63,975 nucleotides of DNA, filler included, from Welwitschia mirabilis (GCA_051453625.1; 10 parts of one record of this genome joined end to end with filler, not necessarily neighbours in it), one strand, 5' to 3'; shown: positions 25,894 to 39,629, numbered from the whole stretch's first letter. A program made the numbers and translations. The notes: generated by a model from the letters alone, not told the origin.

Positions 25894-27217
25894 CCATGAC
25901 TCAGGTAGAAACTGGAACCCTTTATATTTACCCACTTGTCAAGCTGGGCATGTGGAGTGCATACCCAACACTAAGGTTGCATCAAATCCCAACACTAAGG
26001 GCGCACTAGAATCAAGTGAGCTACCTGTGATATTACACCATGTGGTGAATCCTAACCTGATGCCTAATGAAATAACCACTGTTCTGGTTGATTGAGGCTC
26101 CTTGGTAACATCAGGGACTTGCCAACTACCTGCATATGCTCCACGGGTCTTCCAAGCAACACTTCAATTACAAAATCACAGCTAGCTTAAGGACGATGAA
26201 GACAACCAAACAACAACGAGACGCTATTTAGGCCCCTTCTTTTCATCACTGTATTCACTTCCCATTCTTCCATGGTACTCCTCTTGTCTACTCTCATCTA
26301 AGAGTCAACCTTTCCTTTTCCTTTCTACCTCTAAGTCTTTGTATCTGGGAGAACCTCTCTATGTTTTCTCTCAATTTCCCTTTCATCCTCCAATGTTGTA
26401 TAAGTTATAACTAACAATGGAGTTCCCTTCCACATACACCAGATAGTGATCTCGCTTTTATCTATCTTCCTAACCCTCAGCTCGTTAACAAATTCTCCTC
26501 CTCCATAAGGGAGACTCATAAAGATAACTGAAGGAGCTATCATAAAACTACACAACTTTGATGATTTCTATGCTTTTGTCAAGTTTTCCAATTCACTATT
26601 TCTGGTTATCTCCTTCTATAATGTAACTGTCCTCCCTTCTTCTTGTCTGGGAGAGGCTTATTTATACTCCTCTTCTCTCCGTTTCAAAGGGACTAAAGTT
26701 TTTTCAAAAAGTTATTAATAAAAAGAAAGTTCTTCTCTCCTCGCTTCTTTGTTACTTACTATCTATAGGGATAATAGAGGATAGAAAAAAACTTTCCTTA
26801 GGTAACTTCTGTTGTGAGAGAAAGGGAAATCCCCGAAGAATACCCCTTTGATATACCCTTCTCACCTTTGGAGAATTGCACCCACTTAGTAATAGCCTTA
26901 GGATGAGATCTGATTGGAAATTCTAATCCCAAACCTCATATTTGTTCCATACCCTCTACCTAGTACCTTGGAACAACCTAAGGATACTTCCTTCTCTAAA
27001 AAGTCCTCCCTTTATTCCTTACCCTTTATTCTCTTTTCTTTTCTTGTACCTACCTTAGTACCTATGAGGTTTTAGGCACTAGGCCTAGCTCATGCTCTAA
27101 CCATGTTCCCTGGTTACTCTGTACCTTAAGGAAAAATCATATTAGGTACCTAATTTCCAGCTAACCTCTAAAACAAGTCTAGGACCTTTCCCTGAAAAGT
27201 AAACATTGTTGTCCTTT
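25894..27217 (+). repeat. Fragment of the Tat-like LTR family, inverted relative to 41548-43310
   Basis: The reverse complement of ~26230-26290 (aagaggagtaccatggaagaatgggaagtgaat...ggggcc) resembles segments at ~32460, ~35378 and ~42515. Confidence 0.5.
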
Positions 27218-29848
27218 CTAAGTTTGGGGAAGGGAATTTGCATCAACAAATACTTTATGCCCTTTATCACAAATTTGACTTATACTTAAGAAATTGTGCC
27301 TGAGACCATTTACATGTAAAACATTGTCTATCTTAAAGAGGTTACCTCCACTAATGCATCCAATACCTTCAATCCTTGCCTTACCATTGTTTCTGAAAGT
27401 CACCTTTCAACCATCATACTCATTTTAAAAATGAAGCTTGATCTATCACGTGTCATATGTCTCAAGCATCCACTATCAAAATACCAAGAAGTATGATTTA
27501 GACATAAAACTTTTAATGTTGTTTTGGGTATCCAAACTGAATGTTTGTTTGTTTGAGACAAATGAGTTATTTTATAAACAAATTTATAATTCTTGCCTAT
27601 CATGCAATAGTGGAATAAGCTTTTGCGGCAAAGTAATCTATCTTGGAATGCCCTTTTCTATCCAAAAAGGACAGATAATATTCATCAATGAAGACTCTAG
27701 TGTGGATCTTACCATTGATCTTTTGCCAAGGACCTAGTTTGTAGTAGAGCTCAAGTGATTTGATGTTGGTGCTTCTTTAGATCCTCTAAATTCAGTCATT
27801 GATTCGTCATAACAAGACTTTCTTATTATTTAAAATGCTTCCTCAAGCTCTCTTCTCTAGTTTTCAGTCTCTTTGTCCCAAAGAGTTAGGTAGCTAGCTT
27901 TTCTAATAAGCCCTTATTTTCTTTCTGAGTTCATTGACTTTAAGGCCTAACATTTGACATTCCTTATATAGTTCTAATTCTAGATCACCTAAAATATCTT
28001 CATTTTCAAAAGAGTCATATGGATCAGGACCACATACCTTTTCATCTGAAGAGACATAAGCCATGAGAGAGATTCTATGCCTTTCTTATTCTAATTTGCA
28101 TTCGTCATCACTTTCATAATCATCATCATCATCCTCCCAAGTTACAAAGAGAGCTTTCTTTCCTTTCTTCTCTCCCGTTTCCTATTACAAACACATTCAT
28201 TCGATGTGTGTCCAAATCCTTTACAAGAGTAGCACTAGATGTCCTTTCTTTTGTCTTCCTTTCTCCCTAGTGGTCTTTTTGATAGATTATTGTTGTTTCT
28301 TTGTCTCATAAACTTCCTAAATTTTCTGGTAAAAAGAGCCACTTCATAATCACTATCTAAATCATGCTCTAAGGCTCTGAGCCTTCCTTTTCTTCAACAT
28401 TTTCATAAGTTGCAGTCAAGCAATACTCGTTTTCTTCATTTTTCCAAACTTTAATTCAAACGTGTGTAGATTTCCTTGAAGTTCATTTAGCCTCATGATG
28501 TTTAGATCCTCGCTTTCTTCAATGGTAGTCACCTTTGACACCTTTTTGGCAATGACCTCAAGGCCTTCCTTACAAGTTACAACTCTTGATTCTTCAACCT
28601 GTACCTTTAGCAAAGAAATCATTTATATGTTCATCTTCAACCATTTTAATGTCTTCAAATTTTGTGATAAGCATCTGCAGCTTTGCTTGCTTTGCTAGAT
28701 TTGTTCATTTATAGTCTCCAGGATATCCCAAGCTTCTTTGGCCATAGTGCAATTTACTCTCCTTTTAAAGTCTTTTGGACCTATAGCACAAAAATGGCAT
28801 TGAGGCCTTTAAAGTTGAGATTTGGAGCAATTTTTTCGTCAGAGATCAACTTCTGTTTGCTTTGCAGAGAGATGTCTTTGAAGGAATCTGTGATAGTTGG
28901 AAGATGATACCCTTGTTCAATGCAATCCCAAAGATTCGGATCAATGGACTGAACAATAACTTGCATCTTGGCCTTCTAGCAAGCATAGTTTAATCCATCA
29001 AACAATGATGTCCTTGTGATAGAGTTACCTTCTATATTTGGCTCATCTCTAGGGTTACTGAGCGCAACTCTATTAGAATCTTTTTCTCTACCTAGGCTTT
29101 GATACCAATTGATAAAAGGATCAACCTTAGAGGGGGTTGAACAGGGTTGATCTAAAGCATGAATCAAACTAAGAATAATCTGTGTTAAAAGATCATTCAG
29201 TAAAAACAAGCAGATAAACAGATTAACCAACACACAAAAACTCAAGTGGATATTTTTGTTCATAGTGATTAGCAACCACTCTTCAATTAACAGACCAAGT
29301 GTCTTTAGTTGGATTCAGTTATCCTACTGTGTGGTTTTCCAAGGTCACCACAAAACCTTTCCACAGTAATGGATTTTTAGGACAAATCCAAAAACCTTAC
29401 AGAGAAGTGGAGGTATAATGTAAGATGTGCATAGCTGCACTGAGTGACTCCAAGTTTAGCTCAAGAAGAATAGCTTTAATAGCTAGATACAACTATGATA
29501 GCTTGAAGAAGAAAATACAGATCTTACAAAGATACCTCAAAAAATTGTTTTAGAGAGATTGCTTACACAACATTTTTCACAATAGAAGCAACAACCCTAA
29601 AAGAGACTTTTTGTCTATTTAACACAATAGGATTTTTGACTAGTGTGATAATTAATGCTAGCTCTCTAGTTCCCTAGATCTTTCTTTGACATACGTGAGA
29701 TGCATTTAACATTCACATATAGTTCAAATGGCTAGTTGTGCGGTCGACCTCCCAAGTCACAAGTATTCAGTCGACTAGATAAGCAAGTCCCCTTATTTCT
29801 CATAAGTTAGCTAATTCAAGCACAGTTGACCTCAGAAAATGTGAAGTC

Positions 29849-31865
29849 AGTTAGGATCTTAAAGGGCACCCTAGAGAGGGGGTGAATAGGGTAATAAAAA
29901 TTATTCAGCAAAATTAATATTATAGATCTGACAACACATGAAGGAATCAATAAAAATGATACAGAAATAATAACTAAGAGTAAGAAACACGTACACCAGA
30001 TTTTTATAGTGGTTCGGCCAAGCCTACTCCAGTCTCGGGGGTAGCAAATAGCTATCAGTCTCCTGGTTCCCTTAATCAGAGTTCTTTTACAACCACTCCT
30101 TCACTCGAAGTTCTTATGCCTTACAGGCCTCTGCTCAATCCCTTGAGCCTTTTACAATAGTCTTTTACAACCACTCCTTCACTCGAAGTTCTTATGCCTT
30201 ACAAGCCTCTGCTCAATCCCTTGAGCCTTTTACAATAGAGAAGAGAATAGAAAGAAAAAGAGGGGGGGGTTTCTGATACAGAGTGCCTAGATCTAGCACA
30301 TATCATTAGCATTTAACACTCAGATAATCCTTTGTTGATGATAGATAGCACAGATCAGAACAGACAGCTTTCAGATTGTAGACAGCCCTTTTCAGAGTTC
30401 CAAAAGTTCTTTTCAAAATGTAAGCACTATAATTTTTTAATCCAATAAGAATATATATATGCACAAGAAGAAAAGCTAGGTCTTTGATCTTCTAACCACA
30501 AGCCCAGCGCCTAATAAAGAGTCGTTGAAAAATTAAAACCTGCGGTTAACGTCTATAAATGGCTATATTTCTGCGTTAACGAATATAAGTCGGACGTCCT
30601 ATCGAGGAAATTCGGATGTCCTGGTTTTTAATCTCTTTTCCCAGAAAAACCAAATACAAGGTCGGACATCCTGATTTCGCAAAGCGAACGTCCCAGTATA
30701 GCAAGTTGTATACAGCGTCGGACGTCCTTATTTCTCAGGGCAGATGTCCTGGTACAACAAACCCGTATACAGCGTCGGACGTCCCAGATTCACAGTGTGG
30801 ACGTCCCAATATAGAACCGAGTATAGTTCCAGACGTCCCGATTTCTCAAGGCGGACGTCCCATTATATAAAACTGCATACATGGTCGGACGTCCCAATTA
30901 TATAGGGCGGACGTCTTGATCTAGAGAAAGCTTATTTTCTGACTGAAAATCTTCATCATTGAAAACGTATGGTCCAACAATCTCCCCCTTTTCAATGATG
31001 ACAAACTTGAATGAGTGCAAGTTAAGATTTGATTGTCATGATTTGGGAAGAAAACAGATTGCTCCTCCATAGTTAGATAAATCTAGGAACTAGCTGAAAT
31101 AGCACCCCCCCTTAATTTGTTGGTACCTGTTCTGTACAGAAATTCTCCATTTTCAATTGTTAGCGAAAAACAAATGTAAATTAATCGCATATTTTTCTTC
31201 CCTTTTGTCATCAATGAAAAGTAACACAAACAGATAGAAGACACACAAAAAAGCCCAAAAGATGTTTGTATTACCAAAGAGTAATTACACTTTTGCAAAG
31301 AAAGTTCAGTACAAAAAGACTAGAAGAGATAAGATGAAGAAAAAAGATAAAGGAAGGTTAGGAAGAGTGAGAGGGTGATGAAGCTAAAGATGGTTGCTCC
31401 CCTTGTGCTTCCTCTTCTTCTGAGCTAGCAGGAATATCTAAACCATAAGCTAATAATTCAAAGAGAACACGGTCGATTTTCCTATTTAACTTGTCAGTTG
31501 TGGCCTTGGTAAAGTCATGAACCTCATGAATAGCCTGAAGCAAATCAGCATTTGACACTTCACTTGTGCTTGGCCTTTCTTCTGTTCTCTGTTTCTTCGA
31601 AGGAGGAGGAGCAGGTCCAATAGTTTTCGAGAATATATTTATTTTCTTAAGGGAATATAACCCCAGTGGCTTGGGAACCTTGACAAGTTCCTCATCCTTC
31701 TGTATAGCAATCTGATGATTTTCCAAAATTGCAGTAATAAGCCCCCCAAACGGAAGACTGGAGTGTCTGACAATGAACTAGCTGATGTAGAACATAATGA
31801 ATTTGCATAAGTTAATTTTAACACCAGTACCCAAACAAAATAAAATGTATGCACAAAGAGGGGAN
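29849..31865 (-). mobile_element. Second SIRE-like copia (3' LTR 29849-30979, PPT, extra/env-like ORF remnant) inserted in the 5' LTR of the first
   Basis: LTR end accctattcaccccctctctagggtg...gatcctaac on the minus strand, LTR start tgttggacc, PPT aaaagggggagat, GGACGTCC palindrome array 30591-30916, 78-bp tandem duplication 30083-30238, ORF 31358-31726. Confidence 0.8.
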
Positions 31866-32599
31866 NNNNNNNNNNNNNNNNNNNNNNNNNNNNNNNNNNN
31901 NNNNNNNNTTAATTAATTAANNNNNNNNNNNNNNNNNNNNNNNNNNNNNNNNNNNNNNNNNNNNTCTAATTTGCCTACAAATCATAAGTACCAAAGTATG
32001 AGAAGAAAAGAATGCTTTATTGCAAAACTCTTAACTATTAAAACATCGCTTTCCCCCTAAAGAAAAAGGAGAGAGTATATATAAGTCGTACCTGACTGAA
32101 GAGGGAGCAAGACAACTAGGACATGTAAACATAAAAAAGAGAGAGAAACATTATCAAACTTAGAGAGATGTGTTGATGAACTCTTCAAAGGAAGGGAGAA
32201 TCTTTTGTCTTCTTCTTGGGGGTATTCTTTGTAAGGAGGAGGTTATTGTCGGCTAACTTGAGTCATGGAGAAGGATACTCTATGAAGTTGGCCTTGTCAT
32301 TTGAGCATGGGAAGGGAAACCTCTAGTTTAACAAATTAATAGTACAAGACTGAAGGATAAGAAGGAATATGAGAGATTACATACAGAGGGTCCCCTAGCT
32401 GTAGGGACCGGGAAGCAAGAGAGAAAGAGAAAGAATGTCTCTTTAGTCTAAGTGCAAAGAAGAGGTAGTGACATGGAGGAAAGAGAAGGTGATGTAATGN
32501 NNNNNNNNNNNNNNNNNNNNNNNNNNNNNNNNNNNNNNNNNNNNNNNNNNNNNNNNNNNNNNNNNNNNNNNNNNNNNNNNNNNNNNNNNNNNNNNNNNN

Positions 32600-34410
32600 A
32601 TATAATACGTAACCTACACATATAACATTTTATAATATATGTGTAATCTAATATAGATGTACTTTATTATATTATAAAGTATAATATACTACACATGTAG
32701 TAAAGTATATTTATCATATAATACGGGGTAATACAATGTAATTTAATTTTATAATATACTAGGATTATATTATAGTACCATGTAATGCAATACCCTAAAA
32801 CTATTTATGTATATGATGGTTAGTACATGGCAAAATAAAATTAACTTGAAAATTAACTCTCATACTAAAACTCAAAGATATAATACAATACATATATAGA
32901 ATATAGTATAATAATATAACATCAATAGATAAAGGCATATCCTCAAGAAAAAAACATATAATATAAGAATGCATATAGTTAGGGAGATTGGATAAATATC
33001 TAAAGTACATTAATACTGTTTTAGAGACGGAAAGCCTTTTTTCTTTTTAAATTTATCCCTTTTCTTCCCCCAAAATTATATTAAAGAAAAAAATTAAAGA
33101 AGTATAAAAGACACTTACCTGCCTTTGGTAACTTTAATTTTATGAAGAGTAACGCGTTGAATATCTTCCCTGCACTCCTAACATTGTAATCTCACCGGAA
33201 TGCTTGTCAATGGCATTAACGCAGTGCTCTAAAACTTCTCTTTAGTGAGTCCTTCAAACCTTCTTGCACTACTCTAGTGCATATTGGTGCTCTTACAACA
33301 CTGAAATGCTAACTTCTCTTCTTCGCCTGGGTGTTTTACCAACATTTGCATTAGCACGGTCCCTCTCCGCCCTATCTTCGGCACTAACTTCTGTCGTTTC
33401 TTTGGCGCTCTTATAACACCGAAACGCTAAAAACAGATCAACTGTAAATACTGCCCTTGTCGAATAGGAAGGTGAACATGCTCGCTTCTGCGCCTTTCAC
33501 ATCATAAACACATGCTCTCGATGGTACGGAGGAGAGAATGACATAGAGGCAAGAAATCACACTGGCGGAAAATACGCACTGAGCCAAGGGCCGAAAGATA
33601 CAAGCATGCCCCGCTAGGACGACGCTCTCTGCGCCTGGCTTCTTGCAGCCATTACTTCCGTTCACCCTCCCGTTCCACATTCCTCCTCCCTTTCACAAGA
33701 ATAGGCCCTCATCACTCGGCCCCAAGCGACCTTCGCTTTGTTGGCTTCTCCTCCAACTACTCGGTGCATAAACCTGAATCACAACGTACTTAGATTCCTT
33801 TTTCTTTTGAGCGATGGATGCCTCTCCATAAAAAAAATCCCATATTCCTCAGCTTCTAAAAATCCCCCCGGTATTGCCATTGCTAGGCCTCAAGTCGTAA
33901 CGCTAAGGCCTAAACCCCCAGTGCATTGAAAGGCATTCAACCCTTCACCTGCTTTCTCTGCTATGCTAACTTTCCTTGCATTTTCTTCTGCCATTCTGTA
34001 AAAATGCACTCAAGTAAAAAGTTGGAGGCCTTTAATTACTGCCTCTGCAACCTCTGAAGCCTGTCCAAAATTAATTTTTGACAGCTCTTGATGATAAATT
34101 CTTCTTTACTTGTTACTTACTCTTTTTCTCCACCNNNNNNNNNNNNNNNNNNNNNNNNNNNNNNNNNNACATACATATATATATATATTATTTATTATAT
34201 ATGTATGTATATAAATATGTATATATATATATATATTTATTTATTTATTTATTTATTAATCTTCATTATTATTGTTTATTTATTATCTATAAAATTACTT
34301 CTATTGTTATCTTATTCATACTTTCATATTTCTTTTCTCTAGCAACATAGACACATTGAACAAAAGGAATTCATAACATCACATATTATATTAAAATATG
34401 GGGTGTTACA
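32600..34410. repeat. Probable Tekay/Del-type gypsy LTR fragment
   Basis: Ends in ggggtgttaca (a typical TGTAACACCCC terminus). GC-richer interior with an internal repeat at 33287/33406. No TSD confirmed. Confidence 0.45.
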
Positions 34411-34772
34411 CCTTAGAAATTAGGCATTTAAATGATCTCTCTCAGGGTATAAAGTAACTAAGGAACAGGGACGCATCATGGGCTATGCTTAGTGGAAATA
34501 CCTTATGGTGTAAATGGAATTGAAAGAAAGTAAAGTAGGAGAATAGAAGGAGTTCCTCAAGAAGGAGATGTTCTCCAGATTGTTCTAAGGTTCTAAGATG
34601 GAAGGGATGAAATAGATCTTGGAGTTATGGGGATAGAGGTTCTAGTAAGGATTTCCTCCCAAGGTTACAGTGAAGTCAGTTAGGTTTTCCAAAACTAATG
34701 AAGAAGGGTATACAAGGAAGGTGTTCTTCTTCTATTAAAGATGAAAAGAGCTCTCTCTTTCTCTCTCTTTCT

Positions 34773-34774
<2 letters not shown>

Positions 34775-34822
<48 letters not shown>
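34775..34822. repeat. (CA)24 microsatellite preceded by a CT-rich tract
   Basis: Direct reading. Confidence 0.97.
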
Positions 34823-34824
<2 letters not shown>

Positions 34825-36778
34825 AGATTGCCTTGAATAAAGTCTTCCTTATAATCTTTGCTTTGCCAGCAAACTATAAGTAACAAAGTAATGAGACAAA
34901 AGAGAACTCTTTAGTTAAACTCTAACTATAAAACATCACTTCTCTTTAACTAGGAGAGGGGATATATAGGTATTTCCCAACTGAGAAGGAAGAAAGATTG
35001 ATACAATGCAAATACAAACAACTGAAACATTCAAATGAAAATACGAAGAGAAAACATCAATATCCTTGTGAAGGTGTGCAGATGAACTCGTTCAACAAGA
35101 GAGACTCCTATTTCCTTTATGAGTTGCCTTCCTTATGAGTATTCCTTGTAATGGAGATGAGGCAACCCAGTTGTTTGGAGTCAAGAAGAGGAATCTTCCC
35201 ATGAGACTAATGTTACTATCCAACATGGAAGAGTGGAACGCCAATTTAACAAATAATCTTTACAGTGCTAAAGAATAACTGTGAAATCAGAGAGATGACA
35301 AAGAGAGGGTCTTCCGTGTACAAAGACCGAGAAGCAGGACAAAAACGAAAAGACAGCTTATTTGATGGAAGTTAAAGAAGAGGTAGTGACATGGAGGAAA
35401 GAGAAGGTGATGTAATGATGGGCCCCAATAACATCTCCCTATCGTCTACAAGCTAGCAATGATCTTATGGTGTCATAACTCCTTGATGACCAGAGGTAAA
35501 AGTGATAGGAGATCTGGCTGGTCCCTAATGGATGAGATGCATACGCTCAGTGCCATCAACTGAGCTTTCTGCCTGTATCACCCTATTACTAGGCCAAACA
35601 CAAATAATGATTAACCTAATGACTTTGTCGATTCCATGAGTTGATGTCTAAGTTGCATATGAGGTCGGTATGACTTTCTGTTAAAAAGGATCATCCCACA
35701 AGAACAGTTGTGACCTCCTTAATCATCAGGCTAGTACTCACCTCATGGTGTATTGTCATAAGTAGGCTCTCTTGATTCTAGCGTGTTCTAAGGATTTGAT
35801 GTGACCTTAGAACTCTTCCTCATCTATCATGCGTAAACATTGACGAACACACCCATTGAAGAAAAAATTGGATAAGAGACTCTGAAGAAATCTAGAATGT
35901 ATTGGAGAACTAAGTTCAGTGAGAGGAAGCAACAGATGGAAGAAAAGCCTATCTACAAGAAGCATTAGGCTGGATTCCAGATGAAGAGGCTAAATGAGGC
36001 TAAGGAAAAGAGGGAGTGGGGTCTATTCCATGCTTGAAATAGGCCCAAATACCATGCCTAGGGCATGGAATGTGCTAGGTGATGGAGGGACGGAGGATAG
36101 AAAAGGAAGGAAGAATGGAGAATGATGCAAAGAATTCAAGAACAAAGAAGGGTTGGGAAGTAGGCAAAAAGGGGAGAATGAAGTCTAGAGTTGAATGAGA
36201 AGCTTCTTTGAGCCCCAAAGTTGCTGTGGTCCTTGGAACAGAAGGCTTCTGTAGTTTTAGAGTCACTGAAGTTGATTCATTTGCATGACCCACTGAAGTT
36301 GATTCATCTTTAGGACCAAAGAGAGAGAAAGCTAAATGCATTCCATGCCCAAGGCATGGAAGTTTAGGGACAAGCTTGAGGACGAAGGATGGAGGATGAG
36401 GGGATGNNNNNNNNNNTAAGAAGGAAAGAGTGAGAAAGAGGAAGATGGCTCATTCAGTGGGCAAGAGGTTGGAGGATGAGGAAGGAGGTAGATGCGACAA
36501 GGTGAGATCCCTAGAAAGGAGGATAATCTCTGAAGGAATCTTCAGGTTTAACCGGAATCAAAAGGCTTAAAACAAGTTAAAGGAAGGTTCTCGTGGGAAC
36601 TATGAGTTTCAGTGTTGACATAGTGATAAGTTTGATGGCATGTGCAAAAGTGTGCGTGCTTACCACCTTCCAAAGACTNNNNNNNNNNNNNNNNNNNNNN
36701 NNNNNNNNNNNNNNNNNNNNNNTTAATTAATTAANNNNNNNNNNNNNNNNNNNNNNNNNNNNNNNNNNNNNNNNNNNN

Positions 36779-37418
36779 CTTTAAGACTGATTTGGTGGAA
36801 GATATTCCTTGGATTTAGGCCCAGATTGGCAGCCAAATAAATGAGGATTTGAATTCAAGATCTCTTGGAATTATCAATCTGATATTTTCTAACAGCTATC
36901 TGATTTGTGTTCTCTATAAAAGAGAGCTCAACATTTGTGAAAAATGAACGGATTGATAGTCACTCTACATTGATATACTCTATCATAGAAACCAACATTT
37001 GATCTATCTTTTTGCTACAAATATCTTGTAAAATCTGTGCTTGAGGCGTTCTCTTTCTTGCTTTTTGTTGTGGTTTGAGTCTGAGCCAAGGAAAGACTCC
37101 TTGTTATAGAAGGTTGGTGATAAGCTATAAATTATCTCTGTTGTGAAGGGTTGATGATCAGCCAAAAAAATCATCAGTTGGAAAGATTGAAAGGAACCAG
37201 GAAAGGAGAATCATTTATCTCTCCCTAAAGGGTGGAGTAGGCAGATTGCCGAACCACTATAAAATTCTTGTGTGCTGGTTTTTCCTTCTTTGCATTAGTT
37301 TTTGTTGTTATTTATCTTTACATGGAAAGTATTTTCTTTGTTTAAGGGTAAAAAATTTATTTATATATTCATTGTCAAACCTTTTCACCACCCCCCCCCC
37401 CCCCCTCTAGGATTTTCA
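36779..37418 (+). repeat. SIRE-like LTR 3' portion
   Basis: ctataaaa TATA ~36914, gccgaaccactataaaattc motif, and a terminal ttcacc(C)n-tctagg...ca shared with the other SIRE LTRs. Confidence 0.7.
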
Positions 37419-38169
37419 TTCCTGTGCTAAAGGAGAGGGATCAAGGGGGTGTTAGAGGTTGGAATTCGGAAGGAAATGAGTGTTAGGGTTCTTCGATGCC
37501 TGAGGTGTGGAATAGAATGGATTCCACACCGAAAGCATGAAATCCAGTGTTGGAGGATAAGGCAAAGCTCATGGGAGAAGGTGAAAAGAAAAATGGGGCC
37601 TGCAGTGAAGAAAAAAGGTAAAAGGGAGGGGAAGAGAATGAACAAGGGATCCCCAAGCTCATCGGGGTCAGGTTGGAGTCCAACAAGTCTATTAGCAGAA
37701 AGAGGCATAGAATCTTTGGCAGATTTCATTTGTGTGAATATGCTATTTATTTTGTCTTTCTCACAAATAATTATTAAGTACAGCAATTATGACAGGTTGA
37801 AATCAGCAAGCATACATAATGAAATCACCAGGGACAATCAGGAATAACAACAGCAAACAGTCTTCAAGTTGTCTTAAATTTAATCCACAAAGTGTTTCCC
37901 AAAGGGCACAAAACAGCCCTGTCTTTTTTTCCACAAATGGTTATTAATTAGGGCAATACTAACAGGTTGAAAGCAGCAATCGTACATAATAAAATCATCA
38001 GCATTAATCAGGAAAAACAGCAGTAAATCGGTCTTCAAGTTGTGTTAAATTTAATCCAGAATTTCCTTACAAAAGGCATAAAACAGCTTTGCAATCATAC
38101 ATTACTTCATATACATGGGACAATAACAACAACTCTAACCTTCTTTCAGACAAGAAGCAAACAATAATG

Positions 38170-38420
38170 CACAAGGCTGCTCCCTTCCTTGATGCCGTAA
38201 CTCCTACTCTTCTAGAGAGCTACAGACCCATCGCCACTTGCATAATTTGTAAATGAGTCTTCCTTCCTCCTTATATACCCCTTTCCCAAAGTCAACTTAA
38301 CACTATAACAAATAAAAAACATATCTAACTTTGTTCATCATAAAAATTATCTAAAATAAGTTTTCAAGACTCAACTATAGTGTCAAACACTTGCCATACC
38401 TATATTGAACTCACCCCCTT
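38170..38420 (+). mobile_element. Possible highly decayed LINE RT fragment
   Basis: SYRPIATCIICK at ~38218-38253 resembles the L1 RT motif YRPISLCN..YK. No other motif is secure. Confidence 0.3.
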
Positions 38421-38728
38421 ATTAAAACAGCATAATAGACATTATTAAAAATCAGAAAACACCATTCAAAAAAGTCTCTTCTTTCTTTAGAGGATTTTAG
38501 TTCACCCATATCTTTCTAATACACCAAAAACATCCATCTAATCCTCAGAGGTCCTAATTATAGAATGCCCTTTTATACATAGGCATATTATTATCATCAT
38601 CTAGGATAGGCCATTATTGATGCTCTCAACGTCATGAAGCTTGGTCCTCCATTCATAAGTCTAGATCTAAATAAAGTTGCTCTCCACTTTGGCACAATTG
38701 TTTTCAATAGATATTACAATGCTCGAGT

Positions 38729-39629
38729 CAGTGATTAAAAAGGAGGCAGCTGGTAGTCTTATGGGCAACTAGTAGCCCCTACTTAGTCAAGCTAACATGT
38801 TTCGAGTCTAGCCAGCTTTTGCCAACTTTGTGCCAGCTTTTTATACAATGGACTTCAAACTTCCAAGCTCATTTTTTTTCCTTGGTATTTTTTATGAAAT
38901 GCAAATCTAATCAACATGGTGTTTATTAGTTTATATTAAAAAATTTACTTACAAATATCACGGAGTTAATAGTATGGTATTATGTTCACTAATTGATTGG
39001 TTTATTTTTAAGATGAATGCTAGCCTTATTAAGTAAAATTTCATGGTATCTTCTAAGGGGGAAAAATAAATATTAATTCTCCCAAGTTGTTATAAGCTTC
39101 TTTATCAAGAAATGAATTTATACCTAATTCTTAAATCTAATTCAAGTCTATACAGTTGTTTACCAAAAAGAAGGGACAAGCCTAATTTGAAGTTGCATTA
39201 TGACAAGAAAAATCCTAGATCTGGGTTGTCGATGCCAATTAGAAATTTTACTTTGATATTGTTTTAAAATCAATTTTTTATGATATGCTTATATTTTTAT
39301 TACCATGATTTAATTTTTTGCATGGAAACCATTATTATACTCTCATTTGTATCCTTTACTGGAATATCAATCAAGTTATAGTTTCTTGGTAAAACAAACT
39401 CTTTTATGTGTTTTATGTTTCTATTATTGTTTTTCGGAATTTTGCAATGTCGAAAAGATACCCACAAAGAAGCATTCAGTTGTTGAAGTTATTTTGTGTT
39501 TGAAAAACACTATTTTTAATTTTATTGCGTTGCCGTCCTTTTTCCCCCTTGACAAGTCTCTGACTCACCAATGCAGATTCCGTTTTTGAGGTTGTCAACA
39601 TTTTAGTGTTGCCAACTTTTTAAACACTA
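38729..39629 (+). mobile_element. Non-autonomous derivative of the hAT family at 1525-6782
   Basis: Starts cagtgattaaaa. The last ~80 bp (gacaagtctctgactca...ccaactttttaaacacta) align with the hAT 3' end (gactagtctctgactca...ccaactttttaatcactg). TSD degraded. Confidence 0.8.

Larger units (their letters stand above)
22994..29848 (-). mobile_element. SIRE-like Ty1/copia, internally deleted
   Basis: Homologous LTRs 22994-24238 and 29110-29848, PBS tggtatcaaagcc at ~29107-29095, gag SLFDGLNYA / IDPNLWDCIEQGY, protease WYFDSGCLRHMT, integrase RAYRAYNK..LHVEESINV, and several PPT-like tracts next to 24238. Confidence 0.85.
20670..37685 (-). mobile_element. Tat-like Ty3/gypsy remnant hosting multiple nested insertions (boundaries inferred)
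   Basis: Left end tgttggtgtaaattc and right end ggtcaggttggagtccaaca match the two ends of the solo LTR at 41548-43310. Protease-like VAPFFVILRMFEKNVHNCLIHLGASANIL (21092-21283) and gag-like FEDHITTF...QEDAMCQFF (~22850-22960). TSD not confirmed; the span crosses several gaps. Confidence 0.55.

Noticed and set aside
34078..34886. ORFs rich in Y/I or CV/TH repeats
   Set aside because: Translations of AT-rich low-complexity DNA and the CA microsatellite.
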